From Phyllosticta citribraziliensis (lineage: Eukaryota), in the NCBI RefSeq assembly GCF_038025025.1, contig NW_027117341.1, positions 2,108,001-2,172,000 of the forward strand: a stretch of 64,000 nt of DNA, in the 5' to 3' direction. The stretch's first letter is position 1. Every line of letters starts with the position of its first letter. Positions 1 to 14,955 of this stretch are shown piece after piece. Under the pieces are notes generated by a model, which saw only the letters and a list, made by a program, of their open reading frames with translations, had not been told where the DNA came from and made no database searches. Both the position numbers and the translations under genes were made by a program.

Positions 1-1349
1 TCGATGCTGGCGAATCGATTCTCGTGTGCGACTGCGGCGGCGGAACCGTCGATATCACCACCTACCGCATCCTTTCCACACAACCAACTTTGTCATTTGA
101 AGAGCTTGATGGCTGCGTTGGAATAGGAGCCAAATGCGGTTCGACCTATATCGACCGCAACTTCAACAGCTGGATGACTAGGACTTTTGGCAAAGCTTTC
201 TTGTCCCTGTCGCCCAAGAGACGCGGGCCCAACAGCTCGTTCATGCGCTCGTTTGAAACCGCAAAAAGATCCTTTGGTTCCAAGCTGCTTGGCAACAACG
301 ACCAAAAGTGGATCGAGATTGATCACATCAACATGGACGTACAAAATTCCAGCAACTACGACTACGATGAAGCCACTGTGAGAATTTCTTGGTAAGTACT
401 CGGCTCTGGGCCGACCTTCTTTTGAGAATTAAGTGGTCGGTGCTTGTTTCCGTCAATGGCTCCTCTTGCATCACACGTCTCCTCCTCAGCGCTAATTCTA
501 GGACAGGCATGAAATGAAATCCTTCTTCGACCCGGTTGTTCACGACATCATCGATCTTGTCAGCACTCAGGTTGACTCAGCCGCAAAAGCTGGCCACAAA
601 ATCAACCGCATTGTTCTCGTGGGTGGTTTTGGCGACTCGGATTACCTCAACGAGCGGATGTCCATTTGGTGCTCTCAGCTTCCAGGCAACGTGAAGCTCA
701 CATGTCCCCCTCAGTGCCAGGCAGCTGTCGTTCGTGGAGCTGCTCTCCGCGGTCTTGAAGGGATCCGCCCCGTTACAAGACTCGCACGCTGTCACTATGG
801 ATATAGCGTCAATCAGGAATTCCGCCAAGGGATTGATCTCGAGTCGCACAGCTACTTCGACAGATTTGATGGCGCTAAGATGTGCAGGCATCGCGTCGAT
901 TGGCGTTTTGCAAAGGCAAGGTTCAATCTGTCACTTGTGTGAGTTATTCACTAATGAAAGGATGTCAACAGGGCCAAAAGATTAAATCCAGCACAGTGGC
1001 AACTTTCAGTCTGACTACAAACGTCAAAAAGGACGAGATTCCCCAGTGCAGGATGACCCTTTACTCATGTTCGAACGACACACCACCAGAGTACAAGTAT
1101 TGCGATGCTGCTCGCGAGGTTGGAGAAATCAAAGTCAGATTTTCAAGCAACGACTTTGAAAAGGCCGAAAGGCGCTTCAACGAATCCACGAAAGAGGTCA
1201 TTTACCGTTTCCACTTTACAGTGAAAATGCATATGAACGCCGAAGAGGGCGTGTTAAAGTTCAGTACCTTTGCGTACGGCAAACCTGCAGGTGAGGCGAC
1301 CGTGAACTACCGAGAAATCGAGGCTGGCGTTCCTGTCCGCGACTCTTGA
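1..1349 (+). CDS. Hsp70-like (HSPA12-type actin-like ATPase) protein, 5'-truncated by the window edge
   Basis: Motifs VCDCGGGTVD, CGSTYID and IVLVGGFGDSDYL, then AVVRGAALRGL. Exons <1-391, 507-915, 972-1349. Intron 392-506 is GT-AG; intron 916-971 appears to be GC-AG. The splices join in frame. Confidence 0.85.
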
Positions 1350-2862
1350 GCGGCCTTGTCTCTTAGCCGGCATCCGCTTGTCCGGCGTGGCATTTCAAAT
1401 TTCCATACCTGCTTCCTGAGATTTTGAGCTTTTGAGCTCGTCCCGGTGGCGAAAGGGTGCACAACACAGTCGCAAATCAGGACCTCTCGCACTACGGCAG
1501 TTCCCTATTTTGATTTGGTTGCCTGGGACTTGCAATCGACAGAAGTTTGTTTGAGACGGAGAAGTAACGAAGAGGGGCTGAGATCCAGGTAGCTTCAATG
1601 AATTTTGCTTTCCACTACCCCTGAGCCGGTGACTTTTCCTTGAATGAAGCAGAAACCACGCAAGCCACTGCTTGGTTGCAGGATCGACCAGCCGAGCAGC
1701 CAGGCTTCAACTCGAGCTGACGTTTGGAGTCAGTGCAGCATTTCTTCCGTGCGGTCAACTCTGACTCACGAACTGAGATCTGATGTTGAAATAACACCGT
1801 CACTGGCCACTTCACGAATCTCTCCAACATTCTTCAGGTATTTTGCCAACGCCTCCCCTTCCGGTCCTCCTTTGACAGTGACATGAATTTCCCCGCCTCT
1901 TGTCTCCGGTGTCGCTTCTTTGCTCTCATTCACCACCGTCGCCTACTGATCGACCTACCCCTGAATCTTCCATTTCCAGTCCCCTTGGACGTAGAGGAAG
2001 CACACCGGAGCAACCGAGCCAAATCTTCCTGTGCAAAATCCCAGAGGCTCACCACACCACTGTCAGCAGCCATCTGCGCAACACGTGCTCTTTCCCGAAA
2101 CTCCGCCCGCCAGGCTTCGTCGCTCTTTCCCCGAGCGCCACGAGCCCACGTCAAGAAACTCCGCCCGCAACCAACTTCCAGGTTCCTGAACAAACCACAT
2201 CGACACAACATGCCGCTCGAGCACTGCACCAAGCCAGTAACGCCGTCGCTTTTCTCACCGTCGCTCGCCAACACCGCTCAAGTCCTTTTCACTCCCTCCG
2301 CGCTGTGCAGCCCGAGAAAAACAGCGCCAAAATGATGGCAAGAGCGACGACAATGGATTAAAATACGAGATGCGCCACGTTCCACTGCAGGGAAGAGTAG
2401 AGCAAAAAGCCGCAGGGAGGAACAGAGAACAAAGAAGAGGACAGCACGGAGTGGAGGTGAGTAGATGCGCCGATGCGTTTCCCTCCCAGTTCACTCCATT
2501 CTCGCACATTTCCACGTCGCCGCCTGTTCTTCCGTACCATCAGCAACCGCCATCAGCGCCACCCATCCGTCCTTCCAGATATACAGTCAAAGAGACAGCT
2601 CGAGAAAACCAGCCAGTGGCCCCCTGCCCTCTCTGAGCATGCACTGACTTTCCAACATCAGCGCAGCAGTCAATTAGACTCGATCAACGATCTCTTGCTA
2701 GTGGTATCAAATTTACAGTCAGTGAAAGACCTTCTGCTCAATTGACCCTTCCAATCAACCTCGACCAAATAACCCCGTCAGCAAGTCGCGCCTCTGTAGC
2801 ACCGTCAAAACTCTGAGTCGTCCAGCGCTGCCGCCTCAAGTAACTCTATATTCTGCTGCTTC

Positions 2863-3862
2863 TAGACCTTCGAATTTGCCTGAGTTGCCCGATCGGGCCA
2901 TGCCGACTCGCCACAACTTCAAACGTCTGCCTCAATAGAAATGGATTGGATTACCGCTTTAGGCAATTCGGGAGGTTACTGCAACTTCAAACGTCTGAGA
3001 AAATCATTGGCGCTATTTTCCGCATTTTTGGCGGTGTTTCTTGGGTTTCTGGCGCTATCTACAGAGCGTTCGGCCTTGATGGCTACGAAGCTAGGCGTTG
3101 CCATCGGCGAAAAGACTTGGGCCAAACATCAACGGCCCTGGCCTTGGGCTACGAAATCGCCGCCGCCAACTGACGGCCGACTGGCATACAGGTAGAGCGA
3201 GCAGCGTCTGGCACAGAAATAGCGCCAGTCGGCGCAAAGCTTTCAGACGTTTGGTGTTACTTCAATTACCCGATTGGGATGCGGAATTCCAACGTCGAAC
3301 GTCGAGGGAGAGAGAGAAACAGTGCCACTGATGCTCATGTTCTCTTATCCAGACGTTTAATGGTGGTTGATTTTCATAACCTAATCGGGTAGCTCGTGCT
3401 ACTTCAAACGTCTGGGGAGATTCCGGTTCTGGCGTTATCTACGAGAGCGTCCGTCCTTAACAGCTAGGAAGACCGGCGCTGTCAGACAGAGTCCCAGCGC
3501 TGCCATCGGCCAAGGTGTAGGGACAAGAACAGCGCCAATCGGCGCAAAGTTTTCAGACGTTTGGTGTTACTTCAATCACCGCATGTAGGACTACTGATTC
3601 TCAGAGCCCGCTCTCTCTCTCTCTGTCCTGGACACTGCAGCTCCACGCAGCCCAATCGGGCAACTCGCGCAACGTCGAACATCTGGAGAAATCTATGGCG
3701 CTATCCACAGAGCATCTTGCGCTGCCATCGGCCAAAGGGGCTGTGCCGAATTACGGCCAGATGGCCTAAAATGCCGCCAGGGAGTCGGCGCAAGTTTTTA
3801 GACGTTTGATGTTACTTCAATCACCCGATTGAGCCGTGTAGACTTACAACGTCGAACGTCTA
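2863..3862. repeat. Array of seven degenerate ~65-bp palindromic units in alternating orientation, with conserved linkers
   Basis: Units have the form (C/T)AGACGTTT...core...AACGTCT(G/A) at 2863-2929, ~2960-2997 (partial), 3244-3305, 3350-3414, 3554-3594 (partial), 3629-3685 and 3799-3862. Linker motifs TGGCG(C/T)TAT, GCG(C/T)TGCCATCGGC and TCGGCGCAA recur three times. Confidence 0.8.
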
Positions 3863-4933
3863 GGGAGACAGAGAAATAGTAGGCCTACCGACTCTCATGC
3901 TCTCTCCTCTCCACTCCACGCCCAGCAGCCAAGAAAGACAGAGAGACAGCGCAGCGCAGCGCAGCCAACCTCCCTCAAGGTCCCTGACCACCGACACTAC
4001 GCGCGGGCCGTCCCGCTCTGCCCGGCCTGCCCTGCCCCTTGTCTTAGGTTAACCTTACCCCTGCTCGGACCCTTAGCCTTACCCCTACCACCCACCCCTA
4101 CCTTACCTTACCTCACCTCGCCAAACCACACACACGACGACGGGAAGGGAAATCCCATGAGCACGGTAGGAGAAAGAGCGCTGACGTCCATGTGATTGTG
4201 GTGGGCTTGTCCAGTCATCCGTATCCAGTCATCCAGTCATCGTCATCCGGTCAACCATCTTCACTCTCAAGGTCCCTCGACTCCAGAGTAGCGGCCGGCA
4301 CTGAAGCAGTGACGCAAAAGAACAGCGCAGACCGCAACAAAGGCAGCGAGGCAGACAGCGACGGACGGGAAGCAAGAGAGACGGGCATCTCCCACGCATT
4401 TAAATGGTTGTCAACAGACTGCAATTCAAAAGGTGTGTAAAAAAAAGGCTGGGACTGATCACATAAAAGGTTTCAAAAGAAAGAAGAAGGGAAGAAGGGG
4501 ACGAGCGGACGGCGATGGCGACGACGACGAGGCAGACGCCCGTCCCCCCTCTCTTCTTCTCTTGCTTTTCCCCCACCGCAGCAGTAGCATCATCCCCTTG
4601 TTAACCCCCATATCATGTCGCACTCCCGCCGGGAAATAAAATGGCCTACTTCCACGAAAAAAACCACATTCGATTCTTGGTTGGGATTATGAGAAAAAAC
4701 GCACGCTCGTCCTCGCATCAGCCAGCCGCACCGCCCGCAGGGTAACAAAACCACCCAAAATTCTTCGAATCGCCATTTTGGTCAGACATGGAGAGCAAGC
4801 ACGAGCGAAAGGGCGTAGCCCAGGGCGAGCGTCGCCGCCGCGCCGAGGCGTGCCGTCATCAAAGCCGTGATCGTACGCAAGACGTTGCTGGTGGGGTTAG
4901 CAGGGGTCACAGACTGGCAAGAGGAAACACACC

Positions 4934-6546
<1,613 letters not shown>

Positions 6547-7567
6547 TGTGAGAGATTAGAGAGATTAAGAGTTGGGGGATAGATTGGCGAGAGGCGTTGG
6601 GCTGGAGGATGCAGCAGACGGGCGAGGCTGCGGGTGGTGGATGGAGATGGAGATGGAGATGGAAGAGCAGAGGTGATGGATAGTTGAGGTCAAAGACGGA
6701 CGACGTGGAGACTGGGAGTCGGGGGAGGAAGAGCGGTCTTGGGTGCGTCTGTGCGTGGCTGCTAACTCAGCCGAGGGGAGGGGAGGGGGCAGAACAACGT
6801 CGATGGATTGAATTGGACTGCAACAACGCATCGCTCGATACCGCCCCTATTCGTTTCTTTTATTCGTCTGCGTCGCCACGGCCAGGCAGCATTATTTCAT
6901 TCAATGTCCGCGCGTCGCCGTGGTGGTGGCCTCTTGGCGCTCACTACTGTGTGTAGCTACAGGTACCTGGCTACCCGCGAGCTGACGACAGGCGCCCGCG
7001 GCAGCATTGCTTTTGCGCTTCACCTGTGTATCTACGTGTTGGCCTTCCAGAAGCCGGGCGCCAAGCAGCACAGCACGAGGCTGCAGGTTTAGGGGGAGCC
7101 GGAGTCTTCCACTCCTGATTGACGCGCAGGTCCATCGCAATATGCCAAGTCACGTGAAGCGAGGGGCAGCGGGAGCCCCGGCCGCGTCTCCCGTTTCTTC
7201 CAGAACAGATTGATGTGCTCAGGGGCCGGCGGCCATGTCGCTATTCTCGTCGCGCTGCCGCAGCAGGCGAGCGACGAGGGTCGAGGGATGGAGTTGACAG
7301 GTGCCAACCTATGACACTATGGCCGATATGCTTAATCATGCATGCTAACGTTGTTTTGACGCGCGTTACCGCCCGCCCGTTTCTGCCTAGCACCGTGCGC
7401 TAACCGTTCTCGGCCGCTAGCGGCAGAACCCCTCCGAAGGCGGTGGCTGCTTCGCGAATCCTTCCATTCCTTCGTCATAGCTAAGCTACTTTTTTGTCAC
7501 CACTGCCGCACAGCTATATCACCTCGACACCCAACCACCCCACCACCCTCTACCACCACATTCCAAC

Positions 7568-8278
7568 ATGTCCGACCCACGTCTCCAAAACCTGCTGCGC
7601 TGGGGCATCGAAAACAGCGAAGCCACGCGCGCAACCACCCACCCCGCCGACAGCACCGCGCCCAGCACCGCAGCCACCACCACATCCAACGACTCCACCC
7701 AACCCACCAATGCCCAGCCTCGCACACAACTGACGCCCGAGGTCCTGGCCGCGCTGCTCGGCGGGCCAAGCGACGCCGACCTCATGCGCGAGTCCATGAC
7801 GGCGCTGCACAGCACCGAAACGGACCTGGCCGCCAAACTCACCGCCTTCGACAACTTCCACGACCTGATTGAGCAGATCGACAATGCGAACAACATCACC
7901 CCGTTGCAGCTGTGGGATCCGCTGCTCAAGCTGCTAGCCTCCGACGAGCCGCAGCTGCGCGCCGGCGCCGCCGCGTCCGTGGGCGCCGCCGTTGAGAACA
8001 ACGTCAAGGGCCAGCAGGCCGTGTTCGACAAGGGCGTGCTGCCGACGCTGGTCGGCCTCGCCAGAGAGGACGCCGATGAGGGTGTCAGGAAGAAGGCCAT
8101 TGGCGCGCTCAGCAAGGGCGTCAGGAACTTTCAGCCCGCCTTGGACCAGGTGGTCGAGACGCTTGGCGACGAGCGGTGGGTTGGGCGCGGGCTCCAGGCA
8201 GGAGAAATGTCCGACTGCGACTTGGTCATTGACAGTCTGAGGGAGAAGAGCAAGCAAAAGGCTCAAAGCGGCGCGTAA
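7568..8278 (+). CDS. FES1: Hsp70 nucleotide exchange factor Fes1
   Basis: 236-aa ORF with N-terminal LQNLLRWGIENS, GGPSDADLMRESM and AFDNFHDLIEQIDNANNI, followed by ARM-like repeats, as in fungal Fes1. Confidence 0.92.
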   Translation: MSDPRLQNLLRWGIENSEATRATTHPADSTAPSTAATTTSNDSTQPTNAQPRTQLTPEVLAALLGGPSDADLMRESMTALHSTETDLAAKLTAFDNFHDLIEQIDNANNITPLQLWDPLLKLLASDEPQLRAGAAASVGAAVENNVKGQQAVFDKGVLPTLVGLAREDADEGVRKKAIGALSKGVRNFQPALDQVVETLGDERWVGRGLQAGEMSDCDLVIDSLREKSKQKAQSGA

Positions 8279-8500
8279 GATGGCGGATATCCTGGGAGGA
8301 TTATTTGGCATTTTCCGAGTGGAAAATTGGGATGGGACTCTGGCGTTTGGGTTTGGTTCTGGACGTTCATGAGCGAGATATCATGATGCATGACTTGGAT
8401 AGACGCCTACGGGTATCATAAAATTCAACTGAGAATTCGGCCTTCTCTTGCTTTGCTCCCTCGTGTATTGCGCGCCGCCGTGTTTTTTCCCTCTTCCAGC

Positions 8501-9192
8501 TCACAAACACTGCACCACCAACCCAACCACATCCAAAAACCCCTCCTTCCCCAACACACACCCATCGCTCTCCCTCCTCGCCCTCGCAACATCCCACCCC
8601 GCGCCCACAACGACCAACCGTCCCTCGGCCGTATCCCTCGTCGCAATCGCGCTCGCCACCTGCGTCGCCACCAGCTGCGTAATCGTGTGCACATCACCCG
8701 CCGCGCTATTATGACTGCTGCTGCCGCCCCCCAGTATCGGGGTCGCCGTCAGCTGCGGCAGCGGAAGCAGCGACGAGTCGTGGTTCTGCGGCGCGAGCGG
8801 GTCGTAGTCGGCGTCGTCGGCGTACGTCGATGGGGGCAGCGAGGGCGCAGTGGGGTCGAGCGAGGCGTTGGCGAGCGTGGACAGCGGGACGTGTGCCTGT
8901 TGCTGTCAGCATACTCGTCTTTTTGCGTCGTGGGTGTGTAGAAGGTAGGGAATCGGCCACGGGAACAATGGCTTGGTGATTATGGCGTGTAGATGGGATG
9001 CAGGGGCTTATGTACCCAGTGTGCGAGACGTCCGGCTTGCGATATCGTCACCAGGATCTTGTCTTCGAATTGCACGACCATGACGTTGGTGGGCACGCCG
9101 TCGACGGGGCCAGCTGCGCTGCGCGTTTTGGCCGGAAACGCTTCCGGTTGGACGGGGAAAGAGTACGGCTGCGATTGTTGTGTTGTCGCCAT
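8501..9192 (-). CDS. Proteasome assembly chaperone 3 (PAC3/Irc25)-like protein
   Basis: Exons 9192-9016 and 8896-8501 with a phase-0 GT-AG intron. Motifs FEDKILVTISQAGRLAHW, LLPLPQLTATPILGG and QLVATQVASAI...RLVVVG. Confidence 0.72.
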
Positions 9193-9428
9193 GGCGTAAG
9201 CGTAAGATCAATTGACCTCAGGAGCTGTTCTGCGAAAAGACGTGGGAAGTGGTAGTTGTGTCTGAAGCTCACGGTGGTGCAGCTCCGACGACGAGCTCCC
9301 AAGGCGGTCAGCCTTTGGACCGGCAGAAAAGCCGCACAGACCATGCCGCTGGAAATAATGTCGTCGGCAGCGTCGCGCTCTCGACATTGCAACAACATCG
9401 TCCTTACACTCCCTCCTCCCTCGGCGCC

Positions 9429-12400
9429 ATGGCAAAATTCGTGCCCCGCCAGCGCAAGCAAAAGGCGCGTTTGCGCCAGGAATCGGAACGGCAGGCCGCC
9501 GCCGCAAAGATCAACGGGAGCACCGCCGTCGACAATGCAAATGCGGAAATTATCTTGCCGGCGGGCAAGCAAGACCAAGAAGAGAAGAGGAAGCGGATGA
9601 AGGAGGAGCTGCGCGCGCAGCAGCCGCAGAGCAAGATTAGCTCCAAGAAGCAGAAGCGCATGGACAAGTACATTGTGCGTGGGCCCCGGCGGCGCAACGG
9701 AGATGCTGGACGCATTGGCTAATTTGTTGAGTGGCGCGTGTAGGACAACAAGCTCAAGAAGGAAGAGAATCTTGAACTCATCAAGAAACTCGCCGCTCAG
9801 AAGATCGACACGTCGCTGTTCCAGAGCGCCAAAAAGCTGGGCCGCGTCACCGAGTCCCGACGCGAAGTCGCCTATCGCGCGCAGCAGCAGAGAGAGGCCG
9901 GCGTCGATGTGCAAAAGAACGAAGAGATTATCAAGGATGTTGCGCGCCCGGAGAAGAAGTTTGACGGCTACCACACCGATTCGGACGACGACGAGCCTGC
10001 GGAACAACAGGATGACAAGACGAGCGCTGGGAAGAAGAGGAAGGCCGAAGATCAGGAAGAAGAGGCGGAGAAATCAGCACAGCCGGCTGCTGCGTTTGGT
10101 ACTGGGTTGAAGAGGCCGCTCGAACTGGATGAAAATGGCAAGCCAATCATCAAGAAGAGGAAGAGAGCAGGAACCAAGCCTGAGCTCAAGTTCTTGGCCA
10201 AGCCTCAAGAGCCAGAGTGGGAGGGGTTCAGCTCTGAAGGCGAGGGATCTGGGGACGAGAGTGATGGCAGCAGTCACAGCGGATGGAGTGCTGTTGAGGA
10301 TTCCGAGTCAGGGGATGAAGATGAGCAAGATGAGTCGTCAGATGAGGGGGACGATGATGAAGACAGCTCCGACGATGACGAGGACGAATCAGAAGAAGAT
10401 GAGGACGAAGACGCCAAAAAGGAGGCGCGCAAAGCCCGCTCATCTGCTTTCAAGGCGTGGGCAACGGAAGAGCGCAATAAAGCCATTGGATACACTCCCT
10501 CCACCAACATCGAAAGCCTCCCGGTCCTCACCTCAAAACCTGCCAATTTCAAACCTCGTGGTCCCGAAGAGGAACCGCTGCCATCAGAGTTAGCCACCAA
10601 GACCGCAACAGATTCATGGCGCAAGGCGTACAGTGTCACAGTCGAGCGCCCGCCCGAAGTCCAGGAAGCGCGGATGAATCTGCCAGTCGTGGCTGAAGAG
10701 CAAAAGATTATGGAGGCAATTCACAACAATGACGTCGTTGTGGTGTGGGGTTCCACTGGTAGCGGAAAAACAACACAGGTGCCACAATTCTTGTACGAGG
10801 CCGGCTACGGCGATGCGAAAGGACCTACCCCTGGCATGATTGGCGTCACGCAACCCCGACGAGTTGCAGCCGTCAGCATGGCAAACCGAGTCGGACAAGA
10901 GCTGGGAAGTGCAAGCAAGCGTGTTGGCTACCAGATTCGCTTCGACGCCACCACCGATAATCAAACCGCAGTGAAATTCATGACGGACGGCATTCTGCTT
11001 CGCGAAATCGCTCAGGATCTTTCTCTCCCCCAGTACTCGGCAATTGTCATTGACGAAGCCCACGAGCGCAGCGTCAACACGGATATCCTCATTGGAATGA
11101 TGAGTCGCATCGTCGACCTGCGCCGTGAGCTGATGAAAGACGACCCCAATGTTAAGCCGCTCAAGCTCATCATCATGTCGGCCACCCTGCGCGTCTCCGA
11201 CTTTTTGCAAAATGAGCGCTTGTTCCGGGCTGGTCCACCGCCGCTAGTGCAGGCTGAGGGAAGACAGTTTCCTGTGACTATGCACTTTTCGAGGCGCACC
11301 AGCTCCGACTATGTGGAAGAGACGTTCAGAAAGGTCCGCAGAGGACACCGCAAACTACCCCCTGGCGCGATTTTGGTCTTTTTAACAGGTCAAAATGAAA
11401 TCACGCACTTGGCCAAAAAGCTCAAGGAAACCTTTCCGTCTACTCAGGGCGCCGAGGTCAAGCAACCACCCATCCGCATTTCTGCAACTGAAGCGCCCGT
11501 TGAAGCCGAAGACCTGGAGATTGGCGATGACAGGATTCCTGACGACGCAGATGACGATGGCTCGGACGACGACTCGGTAATTCATGGGCTGGATGACGAC
11601 GAAGAGGACAAGGAGTTTGAGATTGCCGAAGACGACGAAGAAGCTCCGACTCCCAAGGTCCACGTTCTTCCCCTGTATTCACAGCTGCCAACCAAGCAAC
11701 AGCTCAGAGTCTTTGAGCCCCCTCCAGACGGCTCTCGTCTTATTGTCCTAGCTACCAACGTGGCCGAGACAAGTTTGACTATTCCCGGAATCCGCTACGT
11801 GTTTGACTGTGGCAGGTCAAAGGAGAGAACATACGACCAGACGACTGGAGTGCAGAGTTTCGAGATTGGCTGGATCAGCAAGGCCAGTGCCGAGCAACGT
11901 GCTGGTCGCGCTGGTCGTACCGGGCCAGGTCATTGCTACAGGCTGTATTCATCTGCAGTCTACGAGCGCGACTTTGCGCAATACACGGAGCCGGAAATCC
12001 TGCGGACCCCCATCGAAGGCCTCGTCCTGCAGCTCAAGAGCATGGGCATCCACAAGGTCGTCAACTATCCCTTCCCGACGCCGCCAGACCGCCAGCAACT
12101 GGCCAAGGCTGAGCGTCTTTTGCAAAACCTCGGTGCCATTGACGAGCAGGGCAAAATCACATCACTTGGAAAACAGCTTTCCGTCTACCCTCTCAGCCCG
12201 CGATTCTCTCGCATGCTCGTCATTGGGCAGAACCACAACCTCGCCGCCTATATCGTCGCGCTCGTTTCTGCTCTCGTCGTTCCCGACCTGCTCATTCCCG
12301 AAAATCAGCTGAATCTTGCGCCCAGTCCCGCGGAGCAGGACGAAAACCGCATCCGGACGCATGCCGATAATGTGGCCGAGGATGAGAGGGAGCGGCGACG

Positions 12401-13241
12401 CAAAGCCTACAACCGCGCTCGCGCCCTCCTCTCCAACCTCGACCCCTCCAGCGACGTCATAAAGCTCTTCAGCGCGCTCCTCCTGTTCGTCTCGGAGCGC
12501 AAAAAGAAGCCCGAAGACCTCGCCGCCGAGTGGTTCCTGCGCCTCAAGGGGCTGCAAGAGGCGTCGCAGCTGCGCTCCCAACTAACCAACATCGTGCGCA
12601 AGGAGAACCCACGGTGCGGGCTCAAGCCCAACGACCAGCAGCCGCGGCTCGCCGTGCCCGAGCCCGCCGACCTGGCCAAACTCAACTACATCGTCGCGGC
12701 CGGCTTCGTGGATCAAGTCGCGCAGCGCGCCGACCTGGCGCCCGACGTCGCCGAGCTGCCGGCCCGCAAGCCCAAGCGCGCCACCGACGTGCCGTACGTG
12801 ACGCTGTTTGCCAGCAGCGAGCGCGCCGACGTGCGCGCCGACGCGCAGGCCGCCTTCGTCTTCGTCCACCCGTCGTCCGTCCTCGCGCACACGGCGCCGC
12901 AGCACCTGCCGCGCTACATCGTCTACTCGCACCTGCAGCGCGCCGCGCCGTCGCACGTCTCCGCGGCGGCTCCCAAGACGCGCATGCACCCGCTGTGCCC
13001 CGTGTCGGGCGAGCAGCTCGCCGCGCTGGCCAAGGGCACGCCGCTGCTGGCGTGGGGCAAGCCCGTCGGCAAGGTCGTCGACCGCGGCCGCGACGACGCG
13101 GGCCGCGAGCAGCGCGAGTGCTTCGTCGTGCCGTGTCTGGAGGGCCGCAAGGGCGCCACGGGGTGGCCGCTGCCGGCGAAGAAGGTCCTGCAGAAGAGAG
13201 AGGGCGGCGCGGGGTGGAAGGTCGACAAGGTGTTGAGCTAG
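9429..13241 (+). CDS. DHR1: DEAH-box ATP-dependent RNA helicase Dhr1/Ecm16 (SSU processome)
   Basis: ATG at 9429 (MAKFVPRQRK), intron 9675-9743. Motifs GSTGSGKTTQVPQ, TQPRRVAA, DEAHER, MSAT, TNVAETSLTI and QRAGRAGR, with the acidic inserts typical of Dhr1. Confidence 0.95.
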
Positions 13242-14955
13242 ACTGCTGCTTCGAAGCAAGTATAGTACAGTATAGGCGTTTTGATGGCGTTGGCGTTGCG
13301 GGGGAAAAGAAAAGTTTTGAGGGTGATTTTTAGACGTCTGACGTCCGCCTTTCTGAGCGAAGATGTCAATTCACCAATAGAGAACTCATCTGATGTATCG
13401 ACACTTTCTGCCCATCTTTTTCACCTACCGTACTCTACCTACCCGGACATGTCATCCTCGTATTGACGTCACAACCACCCTCCGTCCCCCATCCCTCTCA
13501 AACCTGCTCACAGCACTCTCTTGACTCTCAATCGATCTGCCTCAATCCTTCTCCCCCGCGAGCAACCACGTTGCGTTCAAGCGTCGACGGTACCCAGCAC
13601 AGTGGCTTTCCCGTGTGGCGGGCGGCACCAACCTTAATCCTCGCTCCCTTGTCCCTCCCTCCTCGTACTGTGCTGAAGCTTGGTTTAGAGCTTAAGGTTT
13701 TGTTTGGTACGTGAGGCACCCTGGCATGGGCAGACTTTCCTCGCGCGCCTGTCGCTAGGCGCAGAAACGAAGACTGGCTGACTGGCAACGAGCAATACCT
13801 ACCTCATCTCACAACGACCCGACGCGTGGGACTGGCACTGCGGTAGGACTACCTACCTAGGACGGGGCGCCCACCGCGCCATCACCACGTCGGCGGCGGC
13901 GGATGGGTAAGGATGCCCTGCGGCGCGGAGATGGCGATGCGCGATGCGGGCGTCTAGACTCTAGATTCTAGACTCCAGACCTCTTCGATACGCTCTGGAA
14001 ACCGTCTGGTTAGATTCTTCCCTCACGTCCACCGCGCCATACCCAACCCCCTTGCAATTTCCAACTGTTCTACTATCCTATCTGCTCGCCAAACGTCAAA
14101 TGAGGGAAATAAACAATGGATGAGAGAAAGAAGGCGGCGGCATTTAGGCCCGCCACCCACACACCCGGTTCAGGTGCACCCTGCCCCAGTATTGTGGTGA
14201 GTGAGTGCCCGCCTTGCGGCAGACAGCCAGAGCCAGCCCGGCCGCAAGGCGACCACACGCCCACCCATCCATCTGTCTGCGTTCCAGAATCCAGGTCCAG
14301 GTCCAGGTCACAGAACCAGGAGGCTTGCGCGTCGGTCGGCATTCAGGCACTCTGCTGCGTCGTCGTCGTCGTCGTCGTCGTCGTCGCATCATCCCTACGC
14401 AGGGCGCCAACCAACGCTCCAGTGTCGATGGCGGAACCTGGGAACTGGAAACGGGGAACTGGAAAGAGACGTGCGATCTGCGTCGTCAGGGCGTCGTTTT
14501 AAGCTTGGCGGCTTTTTGTGGGGCGCGCGTGGGTGGCTTGAAACATGGACAAAGCGCATGATGATAGACGGGGCAGGGGTCGGCTACGTGGTGGTAGGCG
14601 GCAGCACAGGAACGGGGACGGGGAATTGGCCGAGCGAGCATTCAAGGTTGGCTGTTTGGCAGGGCGGGGGAAAGGAGTGGCTGAACGGTCACTTGAGGAA
14701 GAAACGAAAAAGGAGAAAAAGAGACGGCGTCAAATGCTATGCTTCACCAATCCCATTGCGCGGCAACGAAAAAGATATCTAGATACATGAAGAGCATATG
14801 TGGTTTACCCGAGAAGGCCCAATGGCGGCATCCCATCCCATCCATCCATCCATCTCACATGGCTTCACTTCAAGCCCCTCCCCACTCAACCCCTCTCCCC
14901 CCCTCAAGTCCGAAATGCGAAGATCAACTTCGCGAGAAATGTTTCAAGAAGAAGC

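Noticed and set aside
1615..2636. ORFs between the Hsp70-like gene and the repeat array
   Set aside because: No recognisable motifs; the minus-strand frame looks slightly protein-like but has stops, so no call can be supported.
2863..3862. CRISPR array interpretation of the palindromic repeats
   Set aside because: Eukaryotic DNA; the units alternate in orientation and are degenerate, the linkers are related to each other rather than unique, and there are no cas genes.
8690..8740. Apparent frameshift in exon 2 of the PAC3-like gene
   Set aside because: Recounting the six-C run shows the 396-nt exon is in frame (LGGGSSSHN).
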